From the NCBI RefSeq assembly GCF_009914755.1, contig NC_060934.1: a DNA stretch of 64,000 bases; one strand, 5' to 3'. A program made the translations under genes and the position numbers. Of this stretch, positions 25,379 to 39,374 are shown one piece after another. The notes below the pieces were generated by a model. That model was not told the DNA's origin and ran no database searches. It worked only from the letters and a program-made list of their open reading frames with translations. Each line of letters begins with the position of its first letter. Positions within the stretch are counted from its first letter, which is position 1. This stretch comes from the human T2T-CHM13v2.0 reference genome, Homo sapiens.

Positions 25379-28300
25379 AATCCCAATGACACTGTGCTCC
25401 CTGGGGGCTCTGCCCTTCAGCTGGCAGAGGGCAGCGTGGCCCCCGGGCCTGGGAAGGGAGGGAAGGGAACCTGTTCATGGGTCCCCGAGAGCCCTCAGGG
25501 ACCACGCTGCAGGCCTCCTGGGTGGGATCATTCTTTACGTTGTCCAGTGGTTATTTCCAAGTGGACCTATTCGACTCTCTAAATCACTTTCTTGAGTGCA
25601 AGAGAGTAAAGGGCAAAAGTTACTCCTTTCCTATTCTTTAAATTGCCAGGATCAATAGGCACCATTGATTTGAATTGAGAAATAGTTTCCAGGTAACATT
25701 TAGGAAGAATCATTGAGATCAGCACATGGAGAGTGACCGTCTGCTGCCCTCTGAGGGGACAAGCCTTTGGGGTTCTAAACTTCTAACCACCTCTGCTGGC
25801 TGTGTGGCCAGAGTCAGTGAAGCTGAGGTATCATTTGGAGAGATCATGGCAGCTTCTGCCCGTGAAAGGTAACAATTGGCCAGTCTGGTCCTCAAGCAAG
25901 CAGATGAGCCTTCATACCCTAAACTATACTGAGGGGCAGGAGCTCCAGGAGAGTCTGGATGCAGCCTCCATCCCTGATGGTCTTGCGCAGGGGAGGTCTT
26001 GTCTCTGAACAGTGGTCAGCTCCCGGGAGTGCTGGGGCTACCCCGGGTCTCCTGCTTGTGTTTGTCTGTCCATCAGAAGCTCAGCTGCAAGGTAGAGCCG
26101 AGGCCCCGTGGAGCTCTGGGCTAAGGCCCCTTTCTGAGTGATCTTCCTGCCACCACTCCTGGGGACACTTGCCTTGGAAGGAACCTGACCCTCTCCTTCA
26201 AGTCTTTGTCCCTGGCATTAGGCTGAGCGATAAGAGGCAGGGGCGACGCCATGCTCAGGGCAGTTCACGTGGATGACTCCCTGGCCTGTGTCTTTCTGCT
26301 ACCATTGGGAAGAACAGCTGGTCTCAGAAGAGAAGCCGGTTTCCAGCCCAACACTTGAGGAAGGATATTAAAAGGAGAAAAAAAAATTATGTTGACTCCA
26401 AATGTCCTATTTTAGTTAGACAGCACACGAATAGGATTGGGGGACAGCATTGATCTTTTACTTATAATGCAGAACATTCAATGGATGGCAAAAATGCTTT
26501 TAAAAGGGGCCCATGGAACACTTTGAAAATATTAATTAGTGTGTTGAAGCATTCTGCATAGCATATCATAGTGAAACTGCTCCAGGGGGTTGCTCAGAAT
26601 GAATTATTAATAAGAATCCCTCTCTCCCCCATGCTTCACACCCTGATTTTATGGGAGTTGGCGTGGATTGGGGTGTCTGTTAGATTCATTTGCTGCTCAT
26701 TTCACACAAGTGGGGAGAGGTCTGTGTCATTGGGGTCACCCATGTTTGGGGCTCTTATGTCTGGAAAAGAAGACATACCCCAAAACACCAAAAACACACC
26801 CCGGAGGGGCAAAGGCAAGAAGAAGCCAGTGCTATCAGTGGCTGTGCTGGGCTAGGTACTTTATATACCAATTGGAAAACAAATGTCATGGCTGTGGGTG
26901 TGAGTGTTCCATTTCCTAAAGATTCAAGTCCGAAGGAGGGTGGCAGAGTCCAGGAAGCAGCAGCTCTTCAGACGAATCAGAAAAAATTCAGAGGCTTCTT
27001 TCCTCTGATCCCCACTTTGCCTGTACAACCCGTGAAAGAGGTCACCATTCCCTTCCCAGTGGATCTCAACTGTGTTCACTCAGCAACAGCAAGAGTTCAC
27101 CAAAGCTTACCAAAATATCACACCCCCTAAACAAGTAAGCAGTCAGACTCTAAGCTGAGAGTGAAACCTGCTTTTTCCTGTTTTACTAAACATAGATTTG
27201 TAGAAATAGAAACATATTAGTAAAGGCATTTTGCTTTAAAATTCTAAACTAATCCAATCAAGGATCATAGAAATAATTATAGTTGTGCAAAATTGAACAA
27301 TGAGGATTGGGGGGTTAATCTAGTTATTATGGGCATTCCTTGCATTGGAAATAAGCCAAAGCGTGCATTCACAGGGATGCCTTAGACAGCTCCTAGTTTT
27401 TCTGCTTTTGTTCCTTCCCCATCCCCCATTTGTTTCACACTTAGAATTTATGGACATCATATTTTTTTCTCTTTAAAAGTAATGTGCAGATAGGTTGCCG
27501 AGAAAAAAGCAAAAAAAAAAAAAACTATTTCTGAAATGATTGAGATTTTCAACATTATGGAAATGTAGGTAATCAGATGAAATAGTAAATTTTCCACTTT
27601 AGTTTTATTGGAGTCTACTGTTTTCAGGATGTAAAAGAAATGGCCTTTCCAGTTTAAAAATGAATTAGTAGACTGGACTTCTTTGTGTAATAGGTTTTAC
27701 TAGGATAACTCTGGTCTACTGGGCCATGTATTTCCCCCCAAAAGTTTGAGGTGTCATGTTGGACTCCTTTGTTTTCCCTTCCAGGGAAAACCACAAGCCA
27801 TAAGCTTAACTGGAATTTTCATGTTGACAACTTGTGCAATTATGAGAGGAGCGGGTCATTAGCAGTTGACTGTGCTCTGGCAGGGAGGGAAGCCAAGAGC
27901 TGTGCAAGTCTTCTGAATCAGCCGCAACAGCGCCTCTGCTTTTTATGAAGTTAAGAGCATGACAGATCTTCCTGAGGAAACCATCCTCGCACGCTTGCGG
28001 ACGTTATTGGCGCCACGTCCTCTCCAGTGGGTTCTGTAGCCAACTGATTAATATTTTCAGCATGTAGACGACCTCCAGTCCTTCTGAGGCAAATTTCTCT
28101 CTCTCCATCCTCCTTTCCCCATGTCTTTCCTCTTGGAAAAAAAAACACAAAACAAAAACCACAAGGCTTCCCCGCAAAAGGTCTCTATAAAATTTTATAT
28201 CCCTGGTGCATTATTATTATTTTATTCACTTCATTACATCAGAATGAAGCCCAGTTTTCAAAGGAAAAAAAATGAGCTCTGCAAATGGTTGAAACAATAT

Positions 28301-30954
28301 CTGACCTCCGCCCGGTGGCGTCTGATAAGGTTTCTGCTTTTTGGAGAGAGTGACATGGTCGGCCAGTGGGCAGAACCCGCTGTCGAGCTCTGAGCGAGAA
28401 AGGGAAAGGAAATGAACCTGCCATCGGCCGCCACGGCACCCACTCCACACATGGACAAAGGAGTCTGCAGTGAGCAGTGGTGTGTGTCCTGGAAGGGGCC
28501 TGCTAGAAATTTGAAGTTTTATTTTTATTTATTGTTTGGTGATGATTTAAACACCCCATGGTGCCGAGTCATAAACAGAAAGAAAGCCCACATTTGGCTT
28601 TTGTTATCAGCTAGGAGAATTAAGGGTATTTTTTTCCTTGACTTTTTTTTTTTTTTGAACAGCCCCAGTGCCTTGGCCGGCTTCCAGTTCAGGTAATTAC
28701 ATTCTGTCTTCCTAAATTCCCTGGTAGCTCCAATTGGGCTAGCTGCTCTTCACTCCCTCCTGGAAGCTGATGAGCGGGTGCCTGGCGTCGAATGGGGTGG
28801 CATTCCAATAGTGGGTCCCAAGGTGTTCTGCTGGAAATGCACTTCGAGCAGATTCTGCATGCAGGGCTTGTGTGCAAATGGAAGTAGGATTATTTATTAC
28901 GCTTTTCCATCAGCAGCTGCCAACCCGAAACTATCTCTGAATGACATTTTAAATATGAAGGCCAGGGTCATTAGGATGATTACATACAAAGGTCCATTTT
29001 GTTCACCTTTAAAATTATTGGGGAACTGAAATCGGAGTTGGGGAGCGAGAGGAAGGGTAACACATCCCATAACAGGGATGCTTCATTTGCCACAAAATGG
29101 CACTTTTTTTTCCTGTGTACTTTTTTGCTATGTCTTGATTATAATTGAGGATTTTGGGGCTTTTTGTTTTTGCTTTTCAAAGATGAATGGGAATAGGAGC
29201 ATTTTCCATTTTTAAAAATAAAATTACATCCCTTTTTTAAAAAGTCTGAGATTCAATTCATTTAAAGGTAATCCTTCCAATACTTATTGAGCACCTACCA
29301 TGTACCAAACGTTGCTGAAGGTTTATTTTGGCCACATAAGCACTTATTGATTTTATCTTTTTCATTTATATTTATTTTAATTATGGATATCAATATGTTT
29401 TTCAAAAAACAATGGAAATAATTTCCATAAAGTAGCATCTGTATTGGTAATCAAAGTATGAAATAACATGCTCCTGTTTACACAGTATGTAATAATGCCT
29501 TATGTAGACAGCTGATTTTTACTGAAAAATGCTTCCCAAGATTGAAATCAATATATGCCACAAAACAGAATTTAGGATGTATTCTGGAAGACGAAAAAGA
29601 AGATCTGATGTATAAAAATCACTTTCATTTTACACATGAACATAAGTAAAGTGATCCTTTTTCTAGTTACCATTAGAGATTGAGGAAACTGCTCCTATTG
29701 TCAGTTCTGTTTGTTTCATAATTTCTACCAAACAAGCCTATGAAGGTTTAGTAGGCTGTGCTTCTGAAAGAGATCAGTTTTGATACCCTGGGCATCTGCC
29801 TGACTTATAGTCCTATCTGAGTTCTTTCCACATACCTGACAGCAGACAGATCTTCCCGGCACCTTTAATTTTTATTTTTTATTAGCTTTCATTTTTCCAG
29901 CCCTGTATTATTCCACCACTAGGTGCCATAAATTGATGGCACTATCCATTTATGTGGCATGACCAAAGCCAAGCCGATGAAAACTACGATCATGCTTGAC
30001 GTCCAGTCCTATCATCCTGTGTTAGATAATAATTTCTTTTTGCCCTTTTACTCCCCTATAGAGCCATTCTTTATAAAGCATTGAGTCAAGGCAGATATTA
30101 AACAACTCAATTCAGTACTCTCGTTGGGGCTTGTAACTCTAGCGAATTGCATTTTTTCCTAATTACAGGAAAAATAGCAAATTGGCAAACATCAGGAAGT
30201 GGGTACACCTCCTCTGATTTACAAGGAAGAGTGTAAGGTGACTTTATAGCTCAGGAATTCAGTGAAATAAATTTATGGTTAGAAAAATTCATGTTCTTTA
30301 TGTGATGAAGGTCCTTTAACTTTTAACACGCTTCTCCAGTTAAGCTGAGCAGGACTCACACGGAAATGGCTGTCTACAGCTGCCGCAAATTGATTTATCC
30401 CCAGATAATTGTCAGAGCTGCAGACCAAATTGTTAGAAAGAAACAGTTCTTTAATTTCAGTGTTTGCGGCTGTCTATATATTGTTTATGCAGATTCCTGT
30501 TGTGTATGAGCAGAGATTTGTGGTGGCCTAACTATTCCGGGCAGTCAGGGTAATTCTCTCCAGCCCAGAGGGCCCACACTGTTGATGGCAGCCCGCTGTC
30601 ACCCCACTGGGGAGTGGTCTCTGAACACCTTTCCCGCAGGATTTTGCCACTTACTTCAACTCCTTCCTTTGTGAGTTTCTTCATTTGTGAAATCCTTCAG
30701 AGTCAAGTGATCTGTGTGAGAAACTGTGGAGTCAATGTCTACAGCAATACTAATTTGTGTTTGGAAAATTATATCTTGAGAATCTGCTGAAATTGTTTGC
30801 ATCGTGAGAGGGAAGGATTCGCTCCATTTGAGTCATATCCCTGGGATGGCAGAGGCATTGCCCCAACCTTGATATTGTCATTGCCTCTCTGGGGCTTCCT
30901 AGCACAACTCTGCAGCTCTGGAAGCTGAGTGACACACCAGTTAATGTGGAGATG

Positions 30955-31150
30955 TGTATCTTTATTCAATAAATATTTCCTGAACCTACTATGTGCAAAG
31001 CCAGGAAAATAAAGCAGACAAGTCCTCTGCCCCCTCAGAATTTATAATAGATTGAGAAAGATAGAATATAAAATAAATGAATGATTGCATAATTAATGAC
31101 CAGTTGTGATAGGCACACCAAAGGAAAAAATACAAGGAGTTTTAAGAGGG
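30955..31150 (-). mobile_element. L2 3' fragment
   Basis: attcaataaatatttcctgaacctactatgtgc...aagcagacaagtcctctgccccctcagaatttata. Confidence 0.65.
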
Positions 31151-31900
31151 AAAACAGTGTTGCCTGCTGCAGGGGGCTCAGAAAGTGATGGCATTTGGCA
31201 CCTAGCACTCTCTGCTAAGTTCTCTCGGCCATCACCTTTTTCTTTCAGCACAAAGAGTCTTGTGCAGACACTCCTGAGAAGGGGACGGGTCACAGGCTTG
31301 TCAGCATGAGGCTCAGCGGGGCTTAGCCCACTCTGGAGCCTGTTCCCCTTCCCAGGCTACCACGTGTCAGCGCTGGTCATCTGGGCTCTCTCCTGCCCCT
31401 GGCAAGGACTGGTCATCTGCAGCTGTGCACTCTTTGGGGGGCACCAGACCTCATGTGGAACTGCCCCTGCCCCCAAGACCCTCCCACCACGATGCTGCTG
31501 CTCATCCCAGCTGGTTTCCACCCTTGGGGGTGGGGCGAGACTTGCCTCTTTCCTCGGTAACTAGTTGCCCAAGCTTGGACCCTCTTCTCCGGCTCCTGGT
31601 CCAGATGAAGTAACGAACTCCTCTGGTCTCCTGCATGTAAGATTTGATTGTCCACTTTTTTAGAGTTTTAAGCCTAGATGTTTGTGTCTGATCTTTTTCT
31701 GGGTAGTTGGGGCCAGAGGCAGGGAAGTCTAAAATGTTTTCATTTCTTAATATAGCTTTCTCCTAGAGAAAATACTCACAAATATAATCAATACCAAAAT
31801 AAAAATATATTAACAAAAAATGAGTTTCTAATAAAAAGGTAAAAAAAGCAAAAAATTACTCTAAAATAACTGAATTTTATGAATATTTTTCTTCTAATAA

Positions 31901-32041
31901 AGCTACTCGGGAGGCTCAGGCAGGAGAATGGCGTGAATCCGGGAGGCAGAGCTTACAGTGAGCTGAGACGGTGCCACTGCACTCCAGCCTGGGAGACGGA
32001 GCGAGACTCCGTCTCAAAAAAATAAAATAAAATAAAATAAA
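31901..32041 (+). mobile_element. 5'-truncated AluY (right arm only)
   Basis: agctactcgggaggctcaggcaggagaatggcgtgaatccgggaggcagagctt (Y-diagnostic atggcgtgaa, gagctt)...(aaaat)n tail. Confidence 0.93.
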
Positions 32042-33130
32042 GATTTAAAAATTTAAGATAAAAACTCAGATACATAGACAAATAAGAATTGCATATAACT
32101 GAGGAACAAGGAGGCTCTGTCATAAGGGACTAATTTAGTTTTTCTTTCAGTTCAGCAGTGTTTATTGAGCATCTACTATGAGAAAAGCACTGTTACCTTT
32201 CTCTGTCCCTCCCTTTCCTCTTCTCTCCTTGAAGACTGAATAGGACTTTACTGGAAGGCAAGCTGGGGAGAAAAGCACTCCAGCTAAGGAGTCGCTGTGC
32301 CAAATGCTGAGGGCCAGGGTCTGGGATAACTGGAGAACAGTGAGCCGTTTGCCAGGTGGTTCCCTGGGCAGCCTTAGAGGCGAATGTTTCCGAAGCCTTT
32401 CTAGAACCTTCGACACTCACCTGTCCCTTGTATCATTGCCCCTGGGCTTGTCTGCTGTAGGCTGGGTGCAGGACAATTCTGTAAAGAAATGCCAGTGCAT
32501 GTCGGCGTCTTCAGGGTGGTGACCACACAGTGACTGTGACCTTAGATGAAGGAGGATGCCTCGGAGCAAGTGACCGTGGTGGCACCTGCCCACCCACCTT
32601 GTGTGGGGCTGCCTTTCTGCTGGACACACTTGATCCATGCTGTACCGGGAAGGCAGCCATTGTGGAGACTCAGTCACTCACTCAGCAAAGGTTTGTGGGA
32701 CCGCGTATGACCATGGAAGACGCATCACACCATCCTGTCGTCCTGAGCAAATTCGTGCCTAACAGAGAAAACACTGAAACCTTCGCGAATGTTTGCTTGG
32801 CTTTTTATTATTTAGTGTATTTATATTGGACTTTTCCAGGAGATCTGTGGTTGAAATTGCTTGGCACCCAATAAAAAATTATTTTCACCTTAGTTCACAT
32901 TTAAAAAATCATTTTCACCTTAGTTGTTCACTTTTATGCCAAAGCTCATGTGAATTGCTATTTCTGTGATCAATTGAAATATATTTCATTTTTCTTTCCT
33001 ACCTAATGTCTAGAGGTTCATCGTTTGATGCAAACCTAATATTATTGATACCTTTCAATGGTGTCTAAAGGCTTTCCTTGTTGGATGCATTCACATATTT
33101 ATACAGGAATTCTTTTAAAGCTATTTTAGA

Positions 33131-33562
33131 TTTTTTTATTTTAAAGTTTTTATGGATTTGGGGGATATAAGTGCAGTTGTGTTACATGGATATACTGCAT
33201 AGTGGGGGAGCCTGGGCTTTTAGTGTGTCTGTCACTCAAATAGTGCACATCCTGCCCACTAGGGGATTTCTCATCCCTCGCCCCTCCCACCTTCTCACTT
33301 CTCTGAGTCTCCAGTGTCTATTCCATCCTCTCTGCCCACATGTACACATTATTTAGCTCCCACTTATAAGTGAGAACATGAGGTATTTGACATTTCGTTT
33401 CTGAGTTATTTCACTAAGATAATGGCCTCCAGTTCCATCCATGTTGCTGGGAAAGACATGATTTCATTCCTTTTTATGGCTGAGTAGTATTTATCATATT
33501 TTCTTTATCCAATTATCCATTGATGGATACTTAGGTTAATTCCATAGCTTTGCTCTTATGAA
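33131..33562 (-). mobile_element. L1PB/late-L1PA-type LINE 3' end
   Basis: gttacatggatatactgcatagtgg, tttagctcccacttataagtgagaacatg, ataatggcctccagttccatccatgttgc. Confidence 0.9.
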
Positions 33563-34178
33563 GCATGTATTCAGCAAGTTTTAATTGAGAACTGGGGTGC
33601 TAAGTAATCAGAGCACCTGGTCTCCGCCCACAGGAGCTGACAGTCCAGTGAGGGTGCCTTAGAAAATCCCACAGATAATTGCAATAGGAGACTGGCTCTA
33701 AGAGCCAACTAGCGGATGAGCAGAGTTCGGCTCGGGAGGTGAGTTCCTGCTGGGGGCACTTGGCTAGCCCTTCAGAGGAAGTGGTACTTGCAGGTTGTGT
33801 AGGACAGCAAGGGGCAGAGAGAGGAGGGCAGATGGGCTTGTGGGCAGAGGAAATGGGGCAGGGCAGGGCAAGGCGCCGAGCTGCCTGAACCTGGTAGGTC
33901 TAGGCCAGGCAGGGCCGGGAGGCTCTGCTGCAGGCCAGGCACAAAAGATGGCTTTGGGCCAGACTGGGGACTGCCCCACGCTCACACCAGGGCCATGGCT
34001 TTATTTATTTAACCCTAACTTTATGAATCCCTGGGACCTGAGAAAAAGATAGGAAGTAAAAAACAGGGAGTCATTAGGGCTCTGAGAAGAGGATTCCAGG
34101 AAAGAACTTCGATCCAGGGACACAGCTGACATTCAAAAGGGAGGGACAAAAATGGGCCAAGGAGACTTTCTGTCCCCA

Positions 34179-34442
34179 TATGTGTGTGTGCACACATACG
34201 TGCGCACACTGACACACACACAACATACTGTCACATACACACGCTCACACATGTGCACACACATGCACACACACATGCAGGCAAACATGCACACACACAG
34301 ACACACACTCTCACACAGGCACACATGTGCACACACATGCACATGTACACTCATGCATGCATGCACACACATTCTCTCATACAGAAACATGCACACTTTT
34401 ACACACACATGCACACACTCGTACGCACAAACACACTTACAT
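34179..34442. repeat. Degenerate (CA)n/(CATG) alternating purine-pyrimidine repeat
   Basis: cacacacatgcacacacacatgcag... about 260 nt. Confidence 0.92.
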
Positions 34443-34814
34443 CTGGTCAGAGAAGGGAAAGGCCCTGCGCTTGGGTTCCCAGTTTATTCACTGCACTGCT
34501 GAGCACTGCCTGGTGCCCACGCTACAGGGGAGCAGTTGGGGCCAGGGGACAGCCCTACCCTGGGATGGTTACAGACAGCGCATACTGGCAGCCGTGGTTG
34601 CTGAGACAGGAGGTCCACCGCTGCACCCTGGGAACCCGCCGGCTAGTGATGGGAGAGGGCAATTACCCCAGGGCGGTGGCAGAGCCTCCTTTAGGTTTGC
34701 ACTTCCCCAGTTTCTAATCTGCTTTGTGCGGCTGCACTGCCTCTTGCTTGCTGGTGCCTCTTCCAGCAGTTACATGTAAGCCTTGAGGCTTTATGCACCC
34801 CGATTTATCTTACA

Positions 34815-36313
<1,499 letters not shown>

Positions 36314-36326
36314 TATTTGAGGTTCT

Positions 36327-36343
36327 GGGTCATACCTGGGTCA
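36327..36343 (+). promoter_or_regulatory. Candidate DR5 retinoic-acid response element (GGGTCA tacct GGGTCA)
   Basis: Exact RGKTCA-N5-RGKTCA match; function untested. Confidence 0.35.
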
Positions 36344-38399
36344 CACAGAAGGCTGAGTTGATCCTGACCCATTCCACCACAGTCATGAGATTGCAGAGAA
36401 GCAGCTGAGACACTCTCCCTGTAACATGACAGCAGCAGCACTGCCACCAGAAGCAATAGGCACAGTGTGTTTTAGGAGAGCAAGCTCTGTGTCATGGGGT
36501 CCCCCATTCTGCAGGCATTCTCTGGGTCTCTTTGTCTTTCTCTTTCATACAACCAGAGCTGATGACCATGATGAAGGTCTCTGCACCTACCCTAAGCCAG
36601 GCTCCAGTTTGAATAATTTCCAATCTCAAAGTGGTTTCAATCAATCAACAAGCAGATTCATAAGACTTCACACTTGTATTCGGCACCTCCTGGCTCTACA
36701 CGCCATGAGTGCTCCTGACTTACAGGCTGGGCCTCCTCCCATAGGAATGGCCTCAGAGGACAGAGACAAGGACACGTTAATGAATGTGCACTGAATGCTG
36801 CTCTGTGCTTGCACTGGGTACAGAAAGAGGCTGGGCATGGATGTGTGCACTACAAGTTCTGAGCCCCAGAGGAAGTTATATGACAGACTTGTGCCTGGTC
36901 AGCAATGGTGAGTAGCTGAAAGTGCTGTGTGCCAGTGCTGAGGGCACATGCGGTGGTATTGAGACTCCCAAGTGTGTGGAAGATGAGTGTTTGACCCTGG
37001 CTTTCAAGAATGGGCACGATGGGGATTGACTGAGAGAGGAGAGGAGGCCCTCCCTGGTAGGGGAGCCTGGGACAGTGGGTAGACTGGCTCTTCTCAAACA
37101 AGGATTCATCTAGGATAGACAATGAAGACAGGGTGACTGGGGCAGCCGTGTGCAGCTTAACCTTAACACCACCTCTAGCTGTGGAGTCTCTGCAGGCTTC
37201 CGAGCAGGGCAGGACACTGGGGAAAGGCAGACAGGAAGACAGAGGGGACACCCTTCCTGGGCAAAACCCCTTGGAAACAGTCATGCCTTGCTCTCTGATG
37301 TCTGCTTTTTGGGGACAGGGGCCTGCTGATAGCATGTGGTTCTTCCGCCTGTTGATCTGGGCAAGGGTGACTGTCTCATCTCAGGAGCCTGCGGGTCAGT
37401 GGGTTCCTGTTTGTGCCATTCTGGTGTGTGTTGGGGTGGTTCTGAATGGGAGCTGGCTGGGCCAGCTTGTGTGTCTCCCTGGGGTCTGTTGGCCACAGAG
37501 CAAAACAGAGCAGGTCAGGTCAATCCCCGCCCATTGAGTGTTTGCTCAATGACTGAGCCCATGGGACACCAAAGAGTCACCTAACCTGGTGAAGTATGGA
37601 GTTAGGCAGAGCTGACCCCTCTACAGTGGCGTTGCTGTGGCGAGGGTGTGCATGCTTGACAGAGGAGGGTGCAGGGTGGGCCATCTCAGGGTCCCTGCCT
37701 TGTCCTGAAGATGGAGGCAGGGCTGCAGGGCCACCCTCTCATGGGTTTGTTAAGTAGCTCTTGGCTCTTGGAGAAGACATGGCTGACATGAACAGCCCTG
37801 AGATAAAGTGAGTGGGTTTTCCCAGTGTTTCTGAAGGTCTCCTTCAAAGAAGCTCAGGGTGGTTGACTTCTGAAGAACCCATGCATCTGGCCATGGGGCC
37901 TGGCTAGGTCACCAAGGGCCTGTGTGCCAGGAAGAGGGTCCTGCAGAGGGGCTGAGTATCAGCTACTTCCAGGAGCCAGCACAGAACGTCAATGGCCAGG
38001 ACATGCTTTTTCCCTTATCCTCCTGGGTACTCAGAGGAGTCCCTTGCGGGACAAAGAAGAGAATGGTGGCTGCTCAGGTCAGGTGGGGAGAGGTTGGAAG
38101 CCTGAGGGCATACTGGCCTCCTGGCCATCCTTTAGGGTTACTGGGAGGTCTATAGCTCCAGGGGTCCAGGTAGCCCGTGGAGAAGAGGAGGACAGAAGAA
38201 AATGAGGGATTCGTGGGGACCATTAGCCGGTTAGGAGGCTCAGAAAAAACAAACACGGTCAGAGTTTACCCAGGAAAAGGTGGCTTGAAAAAGAGATCAT
38301 GTTAGACTGACCTTCGAGTCTGCACAAAGTAGATAATCATGTAGGAAGGCTTGCAACACCACCCTGGAAGAAGTCAAAGCAAGAAGGAGCAGCTTGGTC

Positions 38400-38830
38400 C
38401 GTCAGGATCCATGTCAAGAGCACACCCACTTTGCTGAATTACGTTCCTAATGTATTGTAAGATCTGCACGTGTTGGGAGAGGTTCAAGTCAATATATTCA
38501 GCCTAATGTACTGACCATGATCCTTGAGACTGTAATGTACTTGAAAACAGGGAAGGCAGCCCTTGACTGCAGGAACAGAAATAACCCGGTAAAGAGAAGT
38601 CCTGCTTATGTGGTAGTCTTCAAGTGAGTCAAGCGGTTTGGTCTTGTGAACAGATTCATTTTCCAAAGTATTCTGAATTTTCTGAATGCACTCAAGTTCA
38701 CTCTTATCCCTTTTTACCAGGTAGCATGGTAACCAACGCCTGTAGCCTGGATGCCCAGAGGCCCTCGATCTGTCCTGAGGATTTTGGAACACAGGTAGCA
38801 TTGTCTTTTCCAATGCAGTCAATTAGGAGA
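38400..38830 (-). mobile_element. Ancient L3/CR1 LINE 3' fragment
   Basis: Minus-strand translation WLPCYLVKRDKSELECIQK resembles the CR1 ORF2 WSP..KKDIDKLERVQR motif; downstream tcaagggctgcc and attaggctgaatata...gaacctctcccaaca resemble L3 3' consensus segments. Confidence 0.55.
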
Positions 38831-39354
38831 GCAGCACTCATTTCTTCTTATCATTTCTGAACTGCGAGACAAAGAACTTTAATTTTGGGGCTAGAATTTA
38901 ATTTGTTTTTGAGAATACCGAATATTACCAAGCAACGCCAGCACGGATATAATAGTAGTGTGAGGTTTGCACACACGCAGCTGAAATGGTAAATTTAAAA
39001 TAGGAGACACTGTGTGCACGTATAGTGTGTGCATACAGTATCAAGACATTCTTTGCTCCTGGAGTTTTCTCTGCTTTGCCAAACTTCACGCCCCTTTTGG
39101 AAAGGGGGAGCGAATTTTCCAAGTTGTGAGGATACTTTTCCTCCATCCAGCCACACCCTCTTCCGGGCCAGTCTTTGGTGAAACCTGGGCGATGTGGAGT
39201 CACTGGGGGATGTGAGTGAGGGCGTTTTTGCTCATCTTAACCCAGGTCTCTGGGAGAGCCTTTAGGATCGCTCTGGGACTTAGAGGAGGCTCCGTCCTGG
39301 GCCGGGAGCTGAGGCTCTCCGGACAAACGCTAAGCAGCTCTCACTTATCGGTGT

Positions 39355-39374
39355 CCAATAGGCCTTATATAAAG
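39355..39374 (+). promoter_or_regulatory. CCAAT + TATA-like core promoter motif
   Basis: CCAAT 39355-39359 and TATATAAAG 39366-39374 at the 5' part of the CpG island. Confidence 0.35.

Noticed and set aside
34133-34779. His/Thr-rich and Cys/Val-rich ORFs resembling metal-binding proteins
   Set aside because: Translations of the (CA)n/(TG)n repeat
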